Shown: positions 25,629 to 37,659 of the stretch, piece after piece
Numbering within the stretch: position 1 is the first letter of the stretch
How the letters are laid out: each line of letters begins with the position of its first letter
Assembly (NCBI GenBank): GCA_040954595.2
Contig: CM082594.2
Location: 1,258,247-1,322,246 of the forward strand
Direction of reading: 5' to 3'
DNA length: 64,000 nucleotides
Origin: Balanoglossus misakiensis
Lineage: Eukaryota; Animalia; Hemichordata
Made by a program: the position numbers and the translations under genes
Notes under the pieces: model-generated
What the model was told of the DNA's origin: nothing
Seen by the model: only the letters and a program-made list of their open reading frames with translations
Database searches by the model: none

Positions 25629-28600
25629 TGCAGTCAAAAAAAAAACAAAGACAAGTACAGATACAAAAACAAAAACGCTGGAAAAATGTGATATTTTTGT
25701 ATTCCTTTACAATACCGATCGGTCAAAAATATGTCTAAAGTCTTCCCACTTCTTTACATGTTTATCTAGTTTTCCAGTACGTTTGGCTATAAATAACTCT
25801 ACCTTATAAATGCCATGAAGGAAAGATTTATAATGAAAGAAGTATGGTAGTTTTTTATCACATCTACAAATGTAAATAAATCTCTTGGCAGTCAAAATGA
25901 GAAAGTTACATAACAAAGATAGAGTACTATCTCCAAAGAGAATTTGTTCAGCAGTCATGGAATGGAAGGAAAGGTTACCAAAATATCTTCCACAGGAATT
26001 AAAAATTCTATGCCAAAATCCAATAACAAACTCACAGTTATAAAACAGATGTAAGATAGTCTCGTTATCCTTTTTGCAAAATGTACATACAGAGGAAGGA
26101 GCAACCTCAGGCTTCATCTTGTTTAAATAGTAATTAGTCATGAGGATGTTATGAGTCAACTTCCACTGGAATTCTCTAATTTTGACATCCAAGGTAAGTT
26201 TAAACGGGAGTTTGTAAATATTTTCCCATGTCAGAATATTTGTATTCAATACATGGTCAAAATAAATTTGTGCTTTAGGGGGAATAAAGGATTTTGAAAT
26301 AATCAGAGGTGTGATGATTTTAGTTTTACAATCTTTCAAACTATAAGTAGTATCCTCTATACCAACACTGATTTCCTCTTCTTGATTTACTAAATTAAAG
26401 TTTGACATATCAACACTTCCTGTAAACTCTCTTGGGAGAGCATAAATAATACTGCACCATCTAATGAAAGCAGAATGGGGAATTCTAGTTGACACATTAT
26501 CCCAGTTGTGAACTTTCCCGTTTCTATCAAATAAACTCCCAACATAGAAAAAACCAGCATCATAAAGATCCTTATAGAAAACACTCTTTCCCCCTATTAA
26601 AATGTGACTATTGTTCCAAATACTCTGGTTCAAAAAATGCTTATTTGAAAAAAACATTGTATTTAACTCCCTCCATGTCTTTAACATACTCAATTCAAAG
26701 TCTGACAAAGTGACATTTAAATATTTCAAATCATAATTACATTTTAAAAGTACCTTAATACCACCTACTGACTTGAGTTTCTTTGTCAAAAATAATTTCC
26801 ATGGGTGAGATATTTCAACATCCAAATATCTACGGAGCCAATTAATTCTCTGCGCTTTATAAATTGTATAAATGTCAGGCATACCTAGGCCACCATCCTT
26901 TAGACTACCAAATACAGTTTTTCTGGCAATCTTGTCTGGCCCTTTCCATAAAAATTTAAAAAGAAGTTTATTTATATATTTCAGATGGTCAACATGAGGC
27001 TCCGTCAAATTAAGAATATATAAAAACCTAGAGATACCCAAACTCTTAATAATTTGCACCCTCCCTAACAGAGTTAAATCCCTCATCTTCCAAAATTTAA
27101 GACAATTATTCAAATTTTCTGTGGGTTTTGCCATGTTTAGACGGGCTGCATTACTTTTATCATAGGAGATATAGATACCCACTATTTTAATTTTGCCATC
27201 AGGCCACTTCACACCTAGTGGTTTTGAAGTGCACTTACGTTTTTTTCCTAACCACAGAGCCTCACATTTACCACTGTTAACTGTTAAACCAGAAATACAC
27301 TTAAAATCCTTTAAAAGATCGAAAAGAGTATTGGCTGAAGTAACATCACTTAAAAAACATGTCAGATCATCAGCGTAGGAAGCATTTTTTATCTCATAAT
27401 CTCCAACCTTAATGCCTTTTATATCTCCTTCAACCCGCAGAGAGATAAGAAAGATCTCTAAAGCAAGAATAAATAACAAAGGAGATATTGGGTCACCTTG
27501 TCTTACTCCCCGAGAGAGAAGAAAGTATCCTGTACTAAGACCGCTATTCATTACACAACTTGAAATATTGGTATACAAAACTTCAATCCAATGAATAAAA
27601 TTTTGGCCAAAGTTGAAGGCTTTTAAAGCATTCAAAAGAAAAGACCATTCCAACTTATCAAAAGCTTTTTCAAAATCGATTGTTAACAAAATCCCAGGGA
27701 TATCTTTTTCTGCAGTATAATCCAAAATACCTTCTACTAATTTTATTGTATCACCTATAAATCTGTTTTTAACAAAAGCGGTTTGAGTTTCATGGATGAG
27801 GGAAGGGAGAAGCGATTCCATCCTTTTTGCCAAACATTTTGTTGCTATTTTATAGTCGGAGTTGAGCAAGGAAATAGGCCTCCAATTCTGAATATATCTC
27901 CTATCCTTTCCCGGCTTCTCTAATAATGTAATAACCCCTTGCCTCTGTGAAATAGAGAAATGCCCCGAGTCAAAAGCGTAATTCAGAGAATTTAACACAT
28001 ATGAACCAATCAGTGGCCAAAAAGTTTTATAGAAATCTACTGGTAAACCATCATTCCCGGGGGTTTTATTGGCAGGAAAAGATTTCACAGCTTCATATGC
28101 CTCATCCATAGTAATTTTCCCTTCCGCTAGTCCTGCTTGTTCTCTATCAAGCTTTGGGATATTAACAGAATCTAAAAAAATTTTCTGTAAATGAAAAAAA
28201 TTCGCATTTGCTTCGCTGTCCCTCAAAGTAGAAGAATAAAGGTCTTGATAAAAAGACTTAATAACTAATTTTTTTTCTTTTGTAGAATATGCCATTTCTC
28301 CATCTGACTTTATCAAATAATTAATTTGGGTTCTAACCGCATTGGCTTTTTCCAACTGAAAGAAATACTTTGTATTTTTTTCTCCTAACTCAGTCCAGTT
28401 TGCTCGAGATCTAATAATTGCACCCTCTGTAACATAATCATATTCTACTTGGAGATCCTGCTTCACAGTATTGTAATGAGTAATAGAAATTTCAGAAGGA
28501 CTCGAAGCTAGTTGCTCCTCTAAATACTGGAGAATATTTTCAAGATCTTTGATTTTTTCTTTACGTGCTCTACTTTTTTGCTTACTATACTTCATCGTGA

Positions 28601-28860
28601 TCTCTTTAATTTTGTACTTCAACCAATCCCAAACACTCGAAGGATTAGGTAATGCAGAACTTTCCTGCACCCAAACTGAGAAATTATCATGAATCAAATC
28701 AACGTATTTCCCATCATGCAACAAACTTGTATTAAACTTCCAATAAGAGGGGCCTCTAAGCATATGCTCATATTTAACAATCAGTAAAATTGCCGAATGA
28801 TCTGAAAAGATACAAGGAATGATATCTGTTTCAAATACTTCATTAAAGATTGAATCAATT
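25395..28860 (-). mobile_element. L1/Tx1-clade LINE, 5'-truncated, young, with two poly(A) tracts
   Basis: Poly(T) at 25395-25413 and 25594-25626. Exact TSD TGAGTGTTT (25389-25397 and 28862-28870), extendable to 17 bp with 2 mismatches. Confidence 0.93.
25707..28859 (-). CDS. L1/Tx1 ORF2: end of the APE domain, complete RT and C-terminal CCHC knuckle (5'-truncated)
   Basis: Uninterrupted 1018-aa ORF plus 32 in-frame upstream codons containing IFSDHSAI. Motifs WRPISLLN, IDFEKAFD, GVRQGDPISPLLF, YADD, CTFC-x8-H-x4-C. Confidence 0.93.
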   Translation of the reverse strand: MDSIFNEVFETDIIPCIFSDHSAILLIVKYEHMLRGPSYWKFNTSLLHDGKYVDLIHDNFSVWVQESSALPNPSSVWDWLKYKIKEITMKYSKQKSRARKEKIKDLENILQYLEEQLASSPSEISITHYNTVKQDLQVEYDYVTEGAIIRSRANWTELGEKNTKYFFQLEKANAVRTQINYLIKSDGEMAYSTKEKKLVIKSFYQDLYSSTLRDSEANANFFHLQKIFLDSVNIPKLDREQAGLAEGKITMDEAYEAVKSFPANKTPGNDGLPVDFYKTFWPLIGSYVLNSLNYAFDSGHFSISQRQGVITLLEKPGKDRRYIQNWRPISLLNSDYKIATKCLAKRMESLLPSLIHETQTAFVKNRFIGDTIKLVEGILDYTAEKDIPGILLTIDFEKAFDKLEWSFLLNALKAFNFGQNFIHWIEVLYTNISSCVMNSGLSTGYFLLSRGVRQGDPISPLLFILALEIFLISLRVEGDIKGIKVGDYEIKNASYADDLTCFLSDVTSANTLFDLLKDFKCISGLTVNSGKCEALWLGKKRKCTSKPLGVKWPDGKIKIVGIYISYDKSNAARLNMAKPTENLNNCLKFWKMRDLTLLGRVQIIKSLGISRFLYILNLTEPHVDHLKYINKLLFKFLWKGPDKIARKTVFGSLKDGGLGMPDIYTIYKAQRINWLRRYLDVEISHPWKLFLTKKLKSVGGIKVLLKCNYDLKYLNVTLSDFELSMLKTWRELNTMFFSNKHFLNQSIWNNSHILIGGKSVFYKDLYDAGFFYVGSLFDRNGKVHNWDNVSTRIPHSAFIRWCSIIYALPREFTGSVDMSNFNLVNQEEEISVGIEDTTYSLKDCKTKIITPLIISKSFIPPKAQIYFDHVLNTNILTWENIYKLPFKLTLDVKIREFQWKLTHNILMTNYYLNKMKPEVAPSSVCTFCKKDNETILHLFYNCEFVIGFWHRIFNSCGRYFGNLSFHSMTAEQILFGDSTLSLLCNFLILTAKRFIYICRCDKKLPYFFHYKSFLHGIYKVELFIAKRTGKLDKHVKKWEDFRHIFDRSVL

Positions 28861-31800
28861 GTGAGTGTTTGGTGGGGTCAACCTTTGCGTCAACATTGAT
28901 TAACCAGGCCATGCAGAGCTAGTGGCCAGTGTCGTGCCCATTAATTTTGAGTGTTTGGTGGGGTCAACCTTTGCGTCAACATTGATTAGCCAGGCCATGC
29001 AGAGCTAGTGGCCAGTGTCGTGCCCATCAATTTTGAGTGTTTGGTGGGGTCAACCCTTGCGTCAACATTGATTAGCCAGGCCAGAGCTAGTGGCCAGTGT
29101 CGTGCCCATCAATTTTGAGTGTTTGGTGGGGTCAACCCTTGCGTCAACATTGATTAGCCAGGCCAGAGCTAGTGGCCAGTGTCGTGCCCATCAATTTTGA
29201 GTGTTTCGTGGGGTCAAACCTTGCGTCAACATTGATTAGCCAGGCCATGCAGAGCTAGTGGCCAGTGTCGTGCCCATCAATTTTGAGTGTTTGGTGGTGT
29301 CAACCTTGATTAGCCAGGCCATGCAGAGCTAGTGGCCCGTGTCGTGCCCATCAATTTTGAGTGTTTGGTGGGGTCAACCTTTGCGTCAACCTTGATTAGC
29401 CAGGCCATGCAGAGCTAGTGGCCCGTGTCGTGCCCATCAATTTTGAGTGTTTGGTGGGGTCAACCTTTGCGTCAACCTTGATTAGCCAGGCCATGCAGAG
29501 CTAGTGGCCAGTGTCGTGCCCATCAATTTTGAGTGTTTGGTGGGGTCAACCTTTGCGTCAACCTTGATTAGCCAGGCCATGCAGAGCTAGTGGCCAGTGT
29601 CGTGCCCATCAATTTTCAGTGTTTGGTGGGGTCAACCTTTGCGTCAACCTTGATTAACCAGGCCATGCAGAGCTAGTGGCCAGTGTCGTGCCCATCAATT
29701 TTCAGTGTTTGGTGGGGTCAACCTTTGCGTCAACATTGATTAACCAGGCCATGCAGAGCTAGTGGCCAGTGTCGTGCCCATCAATTTTGAGTGTTTAGTG
29801 GGGTCAACCTTTGCGTCAACCTTGATTAACCAGGCCATGCAGAGCTAGTGGCCAGTGTCGTGCCCATCAATTTTGAGTGTTTGGTGGGGTCAACCTTTGC
29901 GTCAACCTTGATTAACCAGGCCATGCAGAGCTAGTGGCCAGTGTCGTGCCCATCAATTTTGAGTGTTTGGTGGGGTCAACCTTTGCGTCAACCTTGATTA
30001 GCCAGGCCATGCAGAGCTAGTGGCCAGTGTCGTGCCCATCAATTGTGAGTGTTTGGTGGGGTCAACCTTTGCGTCAACCTTGATTAGCCAGGCCATGCAG
30101 AGCTAGTGGCCAGTGTCGTGCCCATCAATTGTGAGTGTTTGGTGGGGTCAACCTTTGCGTCAACATTGATTAACCAGGCCATGCAGAGCTAGTGGCCAGT
30201 GTCGTGCCCATCAATTTTGAGTGTTTGGTGGGGTCAACCTTTGCGTCAACATTGATTAACCAGGCCATGCAGAGCTAGTGGCCAGTGTCGTGCCCATCAA
30301 TTTTGAGTTTTTGGTGGGGTCAACCTTTGCGTCAACATTGATTAACCAGGCCATGCAGAGCTAGTGGCCAGTGTCGTGCCCATCAATTTTGAGTGTTTGG
30401 TGGGGTCAACCTTTGCGTCAACCTTGATTAACCAGGCCATGCAGAGCTAGTGGCCAGTGTCGTGCCCATCAATTTTGAGTGTTTGGTGGGGTCAACCTTT
30501 GCGTCAACCTTGATTAACCAGGCCATGCAGAGCTAGTGGCCAGTGTCGTGCCCATCAATTATGAGTGTTTGGTGGGGTCAACCTTTGCGTCAACATTGAT
30601 TAACCAGGCCATGCAGAGCTTGTGGCCAGTGTCATGCCCATCAATTTTGAGTGTTTGGTGGGGTCAACCTTTGCGTCAACCTTGATTAGCCAGGCCATGC
30701 AGAGCTAGTGGCCAGTGTCGTGCCCATTAATTTTGAGTGTTTGGTGGGGTCAACCTTTGCGTCAACATTGATTAGCCAGGCCGGGCAGAGCTAGTGGCCA
30801 GTGTCGTGCCCATTAATTTTGAGTGTTTGGTGGGGTCAACCTTTGCGTCAACATTGATTAACCAGGCCATGCAGAGCTAGTGGCCAGTGTCGTGCCCATC
30901 AATTTTGAGTGTTTGGTGGGGTCAACCTTTGCGTCAACATTGATTAACCAGGCCATGCAGAGCTAGTGGCCAGTGTCGTGCCCATCAATTTTGAGTGTTT
31001 GGTGGGGTCAACCTTTGCGTCAACATTGATTAACCAGGCCATGCAGAGCTAGTGGCCAGTGTCGTGCCCATCAATTTTGAGTGTTTGGTGGGGTCAACCT
31101 TTGCGTCAACCTTGATTAGCCAGGCCATGCAGAGCTAGTGGCCAGTGTCGTGCCCATTAATTTTGAGTGTTTGGTGGGGTCAACCTTTGCGTCAACATTG
31201 ATTAGCCAGGCCATGCAGAGCTAGTGGCCAGTGTCGTGCCCATTAATTTTGAGTGTTTGGTGGGGTCAACCTTTGCGTCAACATTGATTAGCCAGGCCAT
31301 GCAGAGCTAGTGGCCAGTGTCGTGCCCATTAATTTTGAGTGTTTGGTGGGGTCAACCTTTGCGTCAACATTGATTAACCAGGCCATGCAGAGCTAGTGGC
31401 CAGTGTCGTGCCCATCAATTTTGAGTGTTTGGTCGGGTCAACCTTTGCGTCAACATTGATTAACCAGGCCATGCAGAGCTAGTGGCCAGTGTCGTGCCCA
31501 TCAATTTTGAGTGTTTGGTGGGGTCAACCTTTGCGTCAACATTGATTAGCCAGGCCATGCAGAGCTAGTGGCCAGTGTCGTGCCCATCAATTTTGAGTGT
31601 TTGGTGGGGTCAACCTTTGCGTCAACCTTGATTAGCCAGGCCATGCAGAGCTAGTGGCCAGTGTCGTGCCCATCAATTTTGAGTGTTTGGTGGGGTCAAC
31701 CTTTGCGTCAACCTTGATTAGCCAGGCCAGGCAGAGCTAGTGGCCAGTGTCGTGCCCATCAATTTTGAGTGTTTGGTGGGGTCAACCTTTGCGTCAACAT

Positions 31801-34611
31801 TGATTAGCCAGGCCAGGCAGAGCTAGTGGCCAGTGTCGTGCCCATTAATTTTGAGTGTTTGGTGGGGTCAACCTTTGCGTCAACATTGATTAACCAGGCC
31901 ATGCAGAGCTAGTGGCCAGTGTCGTGCCCATTAATTTTGAGTGTTTGGTGGGGTCAACCTTTGCGTCAACATTGATTAACCAGGCCATGCAGAGCTAGTG
32001 GCCAGTGTCGTGCCCATCAATTTTGAGTGTTTGGTGGGGTCAACCTTTGCGTCAACATTGATTAACCAGGCCATGCAGAGCTAGTGGCCAGTGTCGTGCC
32101 CATCAATTTTGAGTGTTTGGTGGGGTCAACCTTTGCGTCAACATTGATTAACCAGGCCATGCAGAGCTAGTGGCCAGTGTCGTGCCCATCAATTTTGAGT
32201 GTTTGGTGGGGTCAACCTTTGCGTCAACCTTGATTAGCCAGGCCATGCAGAGCTAGTGGCCAGTGTCGTGCCCATTAATTTTGAGTGTTTGGTGGGGTCA
32301 ACCTTTGCGTCAACATTGATTAGCCAGGCCAGGCAGAGCTAGTGGCCAGTGTCGCGCCCATTAATTTTGAGTGTTTGGTGGGGTCAACCTTTGCGTCAAC
32401 ATTCATTAGCCAGGCCAGGCAGAGCTAGTGGCCAGTGTCGTGCCCATCAATTTTGAGTGTTTGGTGGGGTCAACCCTTGCGTCAACATTGATTAGCCAGG
32501 CCAGAGCTAGTGGCCAGTGTCGTGCCCATTAATTTTGAGTGTTTGGTGGGGTCAACCCTTGCGTCAACATTGATTAGCCAGGCCAGAGCTAGTGGCCAGT
32601 GTCGTGCCCATCAATTTTGAGTGTTTGGTGGGGTCAACCCTTGCATCAACATTGATTAGCCAGGCCAGAGCTAGTGGCCAGTGTCGTGCCCATCAATTTT
32701 GATTGTTTATTGGGGTCAACCCTTGCGTCAACATTGATTAGCCAGGCCAGAGCTAGTGGCCAGTGTCGTGCCCATCAATTTTGATTGTTTATTGGGGTCA
32801 ACCCTTGCGTCAACATTGACTAGCCAGGCCAGAGCTAGTGGCCAGTGTCGTGCCCATCAATTTTGAGTGTTTGGTGGGGTCAACCTTTGCGTCAACATTG
32901 ATTAGCCAGGCCAGAGCTAGTGGCCAGTGTCGTGCCCATCAATTTTGAGTGTTTGGTGGGGTCAACCCTTGCGTCAACATTGATTAGCCAGGCCAGAGCT
33001 TAGTGGCCAGTGTCGTGCCCATCATATAAGAGTGTTTGGTGGGGTCAACCCTTGCGTCAACCTTGATTAGCCAGGCCAGAGCTAGTGGCCAGTGTCGTGC
33101 CAATCAATTATGAGTGTTTGGTGGGGTCAACCCTTGCGTCAACCTTGATTAGCCAGGCCATGCAGAGCTAGTGGCCAGTGTCGTGCCCATCAATTTTGAG
33201 TGTTTGGTGGGGTCAACCTTTGCGTCAACCTTGATTAGCCAGGCCATGCAGAGCTAGTGGCCAGTGTCGTGCCCATCAATTTTGAGTGTTTGGTGGGGTC
33301 AACCTTTGCGTCAACCTTGATTAGCCAGGCCATGCAGAGCTAGTGGCCAGTGTCGTGCCCATCAATTTTGAGTGTTTGGTGGGGTCAACCTTTGCGTCAA
33401 CCTTGATTAGCCAGGCCATGCAGAGCTAGTGGCCAGTGTCGTGCCCATCAATTTTGAGTGTTTGGTGGGGTCAACCTTTGCGTCAACATTGATTAGCCAG
33501 GCCAGAGCTAGTGGCCAGTGTCGTGCCCATCAATTTTGAGTGTTTGGTGGGGTCAACCCTTGCGTCAACATTGATTAGCCAGGCCATGCAGAGCTAGTGG
33601 CCAGTGTCGTGCCCATCAATTTTGAGTGTTTGGTGGGGTCAACCTTTGCGTCAACCTTGATTAACCAGGCCATGCAGAGCTAGTGGCCAGTGTCGTGCCC
33701 ATCAATTTTGAGTGTTTGGTGGGGTCAACCTTTGCGTCAACCTTGATTAGCCAGGCCAGGCAGAGCTAGTGGCCAGTGTCGTGCCCATCAATTTTGAGTG
33801 TTTGGTGGGGTAACCTTTGCGTCAACCTTGATTAACCAGGCCATGCAGAGCTAGTGGCCAGTGTCGTGCCCATCAATTTTGAGTGTTTGGTGGGGTCAAC
33901 CTTTGCGTCAACATTGATTAACCAGGCCATGCAGAGCTATTGGCCAGTGTCGTGCCCATCAATTTTGAGTGTTTGGTGGGGTAACCTTTGCGTCAACCTT
34001 GATTAACCAGGCCATGCAGAGCTAGTGGCCAGTGTCGTGCCCATCAATTTTGAGTGTTTGGTGGGGTCAACCTTTGCGTCAACCTTGATTAGCCAGGCCA
34101 TGCAGAGCTAGTGGCCAGTGTCGTGCCCATCAATTTTGAGTGTTTGGTGGGGTCAACCTTTGCGTCAACATTGATTAGCCAGGCCAGAGCTAGTGGCCAG
34201 TGTCGTGCCCATCAATTTTGAGTGTTTGGTGGGGTCAACCCTTGCGTCAACATTGATTAGCCAGGCCATGCAGAGCTAGTGGCCAGTGTCGTGCCCATCA
34301 ATTTTGAGTGTTTGGTGGGGTCAACCTTTGCGTCAACCTTGATTAACCAGGCCATGCAGAGCTACATGTATGTTGCCTGTAAGGCACACATCTCCAATTG
34401 GTACATTGGGCCTATCATACTGTACATGTACAACTAGGAAAATGTACTTCATCATATTTCCATAGTCAGCAGCTTCAAGAACATGTTGCCTTCTCTATAT
34501 GAATGTTTAGACTAAAAAGAAGTACAAGAAGAATAAAGTTGTCCAATTATTGTTGGCAGGGGGTGGGGATGTGTGCTCCCATACAAATGTATATGGGTAT
34601 GTACTCTTTAA

Positions 34612-35158
34612 AGGTCACATGTCATGCTTTGGAAAGTTTTCATTTTTCCACGTCATAAGCTCACCTAGGGTACCTGTCTATGCATTGCCTATTGTGTCGG
34701 TTCTGAAAAATGTGCACGAATGCCGGAATTTGCCATCTTTTTTCATGCCTGTGATCAGGGAGCCACTTCGCACTCGAGCCAGGCGAAGGTATTTGCATAT
34801 GGACAAACAAGTACACTATGTCCTAGTGTACCATTCTGCTAACAGTAAAGTGTAATTAGCAGTCCATGAGTATTTAAGTCCACAGACAAAGACAAGCTAT
34901 ATAAACAGTGTTCAAAGCAAAGGAAGCCCTTGCCTCACATTACAGGCAGAGGATTTACGAAGGTGTGAAAGACTATTTGTCCACATCAAGATAAGTCTTC
35001 GACTGAGTTGGGTTAGGGGTACACGCCCACCCGCCACTTTTACTTGCTTGTTATCTAAGCACAAGGGGCAAAACGCATTGCAAGATAGTAACATATGTTA
35101 ACTTCAAGACCCAAATAGTGATTTTACGCGTGGTTGTATAGGGCATGGCACGTGACCT
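34612..35158. mobile_element. Kolobok-type MITE
   Basis: TTAA duplication (34608-34611 and 35159-35162), TIR AGGTCAC(A/G)TG(T/C)CATGC, AG...CT termini. Confidence 0.8.
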
Positions 35159-35519
35159 TTAAGAAAAACCTTCATATGCAAGAAAAAAATGGTAAATGAC
35201 AAAGAAAATTTGACTGGTATTACAATAGGTCGGGTTTTTGGCATTTACACATATTGATGTTATCAACCGGGAAGCACACTACGTGCTGAAAATAATTGGA
35301 GACCTCTCGCCCGGGGTGTCGGCCAGTGGCCACATACATTTCCAGTCCTAAACCTTGCATCAGTTCTGTGGTGCGGATTAAGAAATAAGATTGGCGCTAC
35401 AATATGCCCACTTAGTTTGAAATGGATTCTGCATATATACATGTAAACACATTGAAAATGAGATATTACACATATAATCATGGGACAAGAAGGGCAAAAA
35501 TTAAATTATCCAGCAGGTG

Positions 35520-36185
35520 TTCGAATTATGCAAATTAGAACAGTTGTCTAATATTGCCATGTCAACCACGTTGAAATTGTTTTAGGTACCCATATTAATT
35601 AAAACCGTGAAAATGCGATATTACACACCATATAAGACAAACCAGGGAAATTTACATGTTAGAGAAGTTTGTCGGCCATTTTGGATTATGCAAATTAGAC
35701 AGTTGTCTAATATTGCCATGTCAAACACGCTGAAATTGTTTTAGTTACCCATATTGATGAAAACCCTGCAAATGCGATTTTAGGCACCATATAAGACAAA
35801 ACAGGGAAATTTACATTTAAGAAGAGTTTGGTGGCCATTTTGGATTATGCAAATTAGAACAGCTGTCTAATATTGCCATGTCAACGACGTTGAAATTGTT
35901 TTAGGTACCCATATTGATGAAAACCCTGCAAATGCGATATTACACACTATTAAAGACAACCATAGTAAATTTACATGTTAGAGAAGTTTGTCGGCCATTC
36001 TAGATTATGCAAATTAGAACAGCTGTCTAACATTGCAATGTCAACCACGTTGAAATTGTTTTAGGTACCCATATTGATGAAAACCCTTCAAATGCGATAC
36101 TACACGCTATTTAAGACGACCATAGGAAATTTACATGTTAGAGGAGTTTGGCGGCCATTTTGGACTATGCAAATGAGAAGAGTTG
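35520..36185. repeat. About 160-bp tandem repeat, 4+ diverged units
   Basis: ATTATGCAAATTAG-like anchor at 35525, 35685, 35844, 36004 and 36164. Confidence 0.9.
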
Positions 36186-36535
36186 AACAAAAAATACCAT
36201 ATTTGCAATGCTGTTGTCTTGTTTTGGGTGCCTATGTTAAGGCTTGAAAATGAAAGCTTATTCACCATTTTGGCACAAACAGTGGCGAGAAGGTGTTCCA
36301 ATGTAACTTAGAAGAGTTGCCATATTTGCAATACAGTTATATTGTTTAAGGTATGAATGCAAATCCTGAATATTAGATTTATAACAATTTCATTGGAAAG
36401 AACATTTGTAGCAGGGTTTTCGCTAAGCGCCGGCCACCGGCCAATTGGCCGGGTACTTGCACTGAACTGGTCGTCTACTTTTCCTTAACCCATTAGGGTT
36501 ATTTTTATTTGTATACTCTTTCACGCTCATAAATA

Positions 36536-36640
36536 AGGGTTCGTACGCTCCTGGAAACTCCTGGAATTTGAAACCCCTCCTGGAAACTCCTGAAATCTCC
36601 TAGAAATTCAAAATTTCTCCTTGAAACTCCTGGAAAATCG
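36536..36640 (+). mobile_element. Probable hAT-type terminal fragment with TCCTGGAAA subterminal repeats
   Basis: AGGGTTCGTAC start followed by about 7 CTCCTGGAA-like motifs. Partner end not found. Confidence 0.4.
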
Positions 36641-37659
36641 CGAGTCACGATCGCATTTCACCGGATCGTGAAACAGTACGCGTTGCCCATTTCACTCGGC
36701 GCACCAGTTATCTTTAGACAGGCGTCCTATAAATAGTATCATTGACGTAGTAACGCACAAATTGCAACAACTAACGCATCTCAGCGTTCCGGTCGCAACA
36801 AAATATCTAAAACTTGACAAAAGATGTAGCAACTTTTGTTAGAGGTCATGCCATGTGTCCGCGCGTCTACAGACGGCCGCGGCAGACACCCGTGAGATCG
36901 ATGTTCAGGGCAATTAGTGATGTCAAAAAGAATAAAAAAAGGCAGGCGTTTTTTGTGTTTTTTTCAGCAGCAGAACAGTAATTTCCATCAGTAATTTGTC
37001 GATTTTATCAGGACAGAAATCATTGCTTTAGGGACCGTTCAGTTTTTACGGCCGAGGGGGGGGGGGCGGAGATCACTTACATTTTAGCCAAATATGCTAA
37101 ATGATTTGGGAAAATTTGTTTTACTAGGTCTTCATGGGGAGGCCATTGAAATGTGTACTATCACAGTCAAAAGCCTTTAAATGATTTGTTAAACTAGAAT
37201 AACAAGTGCATGTGTTTTGGATTTACCATCAGAGGATTCAGACCCTGATAGTGACTTTGGATTTGATTGACTAGTGCTGTAATAAAAGGTGTCTGAAGTG
37301 AAATCATATGAGTTTGTGTGTATGTGTTTGTGTGTAGAATGGGGGGGGGTCAAAGGTCAACATGATTGGGGGGGGGGGGTCAAAGGTCAACATGTCCCCG
37401 GCCCCGCATAATTGGCCCCCTACTTTGCCAATATGGCCCTCTACTTCAAATTTTAGTGAAACCCCTGTTTGTAGGTTCATCATTGACCCCATAGGACTGT
37501 CAACTCGACTACAGACAGTCTCGATGAACACAAGACATGATCCCAATTTGCAAGCTCAGTTGAAACTGACTGCTGCAGTAACTTTAGCTCTGGGAATGTC
37601 TTGTGTGATTTAAAGCAATTGATGACCAAATTTAACACAGTTTCTCTGAGGTAACCACT

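Larger units (their letters stand above)
21669..34364. repeat. 86-bp satellite array (about 9.2 kb, roughly 108 monomers), interrupted by an L1 element
   Basis: Monomer TAGTGGCCAGTGTCGTGCCCAT(C/T)AATTTTGAGTGTTTGGTGGGGTCAACCTTTGCGTCAACATTGATTAGCCAGGCCATGCAGAGC, with 82-bp and 74-bp deletion variants. Blocks 21669-25397 and 28854-34364. Confidence 0.98.

Noticed and set aside
21669-34364. Regular repeat array next to a reverse transcriptase, considered as a CRISPR-like or retron/DGR-like system
   Set aside because: Monomers are contiguous with no unique spacers, there are no cas genes, and the RT is a poly(A)-tailed L1/Tx1 ORF2 inserted secondarily.
37029-37070. Harbinger-like TIR start GGGACCGTTCAGTTTTTAC
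   Set aside because: No partner TIR found, so the element cannot be delimited.
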